From an uncultured delta proteobacterium (GTDB lineage Bacteria > Myxococcota > Myxococcia > Myxococcales > Myxococcaceae), in NCBI GenBank assembly GCA_963771175.1, contig CAVYSY010000026.1, positions 96,001-160,000 of the forward strand: a stretch of 64,000 bases of DNA, in the 5' to 3' direction. Positions 63,118 to 64,000 of this stretch are shown here, piece by piece. The notes beneath the pieces are model-generated. The model worked only from the letters and a program-made list of their open reading frames with translations. It was not told where the DNA came from and made no database searches. A program made the translations under genes and the position numbers. Within the stretch, counting starts at the first letter, position 1, and the number at the start of each line of letters is the position of its first letter.

Positions 63118-64000
63118 TCAGTCGCGCGCCAGCACCGTCTCGCGGCCCACCTGCTCGACAATCCGGAAGCCGGCCGCCTGGAGCTCGGCGAGGGCTCGGC
63201 CCTCGAAGGTGACGGCGCGGTTGAACCGGGCATCCCGCATGGCCCCCTGGAAGAAGGCATCGCCGGGGTTGTCGCAGGTACCCCAGGGGATGTTCTTGCC
63301 GATGTAGAAGAAGCCCCCGGAGCCCCACAGGCCCTCGTTGACGATGAGCAGCCCGCGGGCGCTGTCGTCCCGGGTGGCCGAGACGATGGCGCGGAACTGG
63401 TCCCCCTTCACGTCCACTGGGGGGAAGTAGTGCCCCGACAGGAGGGTGGCGGCCAGGGCCAGCGCCCCCAGCCCCCAGCGCAGCCGGGCATCCCCTCGCT
63501 CCAGCACGAAGGTGGCCACGAACGGGGCCGCGGCCAGCACCCCCAGTACCAGCCCCGGGTAGAGGAAGCGCTCCTCCTTGTGGGCGGTGGCGGTGATGGC
63601 GGCGAGGTACACCACCGCGCAGAAGAGCGGCAGCGACAGGGCGAATCGCCGACGCAGGGCAAGCAGGCCCAGCGGAACCGCGCCCCAGACCCAGACGGGC
63701 ACCCCCTCGAGGAAGGGCAGCAGGTAGAAGCCAGGGGGAGAGGCGCCGAACTGCCTCGCGGCCTGCCCGGAGAGGACGTTGAAGTCCACGTAGGCGAAGA
63801 AGGAATGGAAGGGCTTGCCCCACGTCGCCTGGTCGAGGGCCCCCAGGCCCAGCGCGACGCCCAGGCCCGCGAGGCAGGTGAAGGCGAGCACCCTCCAGCG
63901 CCGCGCCGCCACCAGCCAGATGAGCGCCGCCAGCACCATCACCGCCGAGCCGTAGCGCACCACCACCGCCAATCCCAGCGCCAGCCCGCCCACCAGGCCC
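63118..64000 (-). CDS. Alg9/PigB-like (GT-C) mannosyltransferase, partial (5' part outside window)
   Basis: Multiple TM helices with the HKEERFLYP signature. Confidence 0.75.
   Translation of the reverse strand, partial: GLVGGLALGLAVVVRYGSAVMVLAALIWLVAARRWRVLAFTCLAGLGVALGLGALDQATWGKPFHSFFAYVDFNVLSGQAARQFGASPPGFYLLPFLEGVPVWVWGAVPLGLLALRRRFALSLPLFCAVVYLAAITATAHKEERFLYPGLVLGVLAAAPFVATFVLERGDARLRWGLGALALAATLLSGHYFPPVDVKGDQFRAIVSATRDDSARGLLIVNEGLWGSGGFFYIGKNIPWGTCDNPGDAFFQGAMRDARFNRAVTFEGRALAELQAAGFRIVEQVGRETVLARD

Overview
High-GC myxobacterial (Myxococcota, probably Archangium/Cystobacter-like) chromosomal window. The host is inferred from the aib operon, the oar/mlpA-like pair and the SitA-like toxin locus. 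Many genes, mostly in the first ~13 kb, carry single-base frameshifts or isolated TAG stops that look like long-read consensus errors. In order, the window contains: a truncated IS66 between two paralogous cassette remnants; housekeeping genes; an apparent EutB-EutC fusion; an acyltransferase/SDR pair; two DUF4139 genes; a two-gene SELENOPROTEIN cassette; an Oar-like TonB receptor plus MlpA-like lipoprotein; the aibR-aibA-aibB-aibC-mvaS operon with its palindromic operator; moaC/PLP lyase/trxB; a Tox-REase-5 lipoprotein toxin with Imm52; radC; recQ; a TPR protein; a second acyltransferase/SDR pair; an accessory stretch (sulfatase, FGE, deleted SulP, GH15, kinase/GH3 chimera); a polysaccharide-modification trio; a zinc-ribbon/TPR protein with Pro-rich tandem repeats; and serS followed by four tRNA-Ser, tRNA-Arg(ACG), tadA and SRP RNA. 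The most notable signal is the cassette at 15577-16856 (minus strand), which the ORF track shows as four fragments. It is two genes, each with an in-frame TGA at a redox-active position followed by a SECIS-like hairpin: a cysteine-free AhpE-type peroxiredoxin (TPVU) and a stand-alone PrdB/GrdB-like protein (UxxC).
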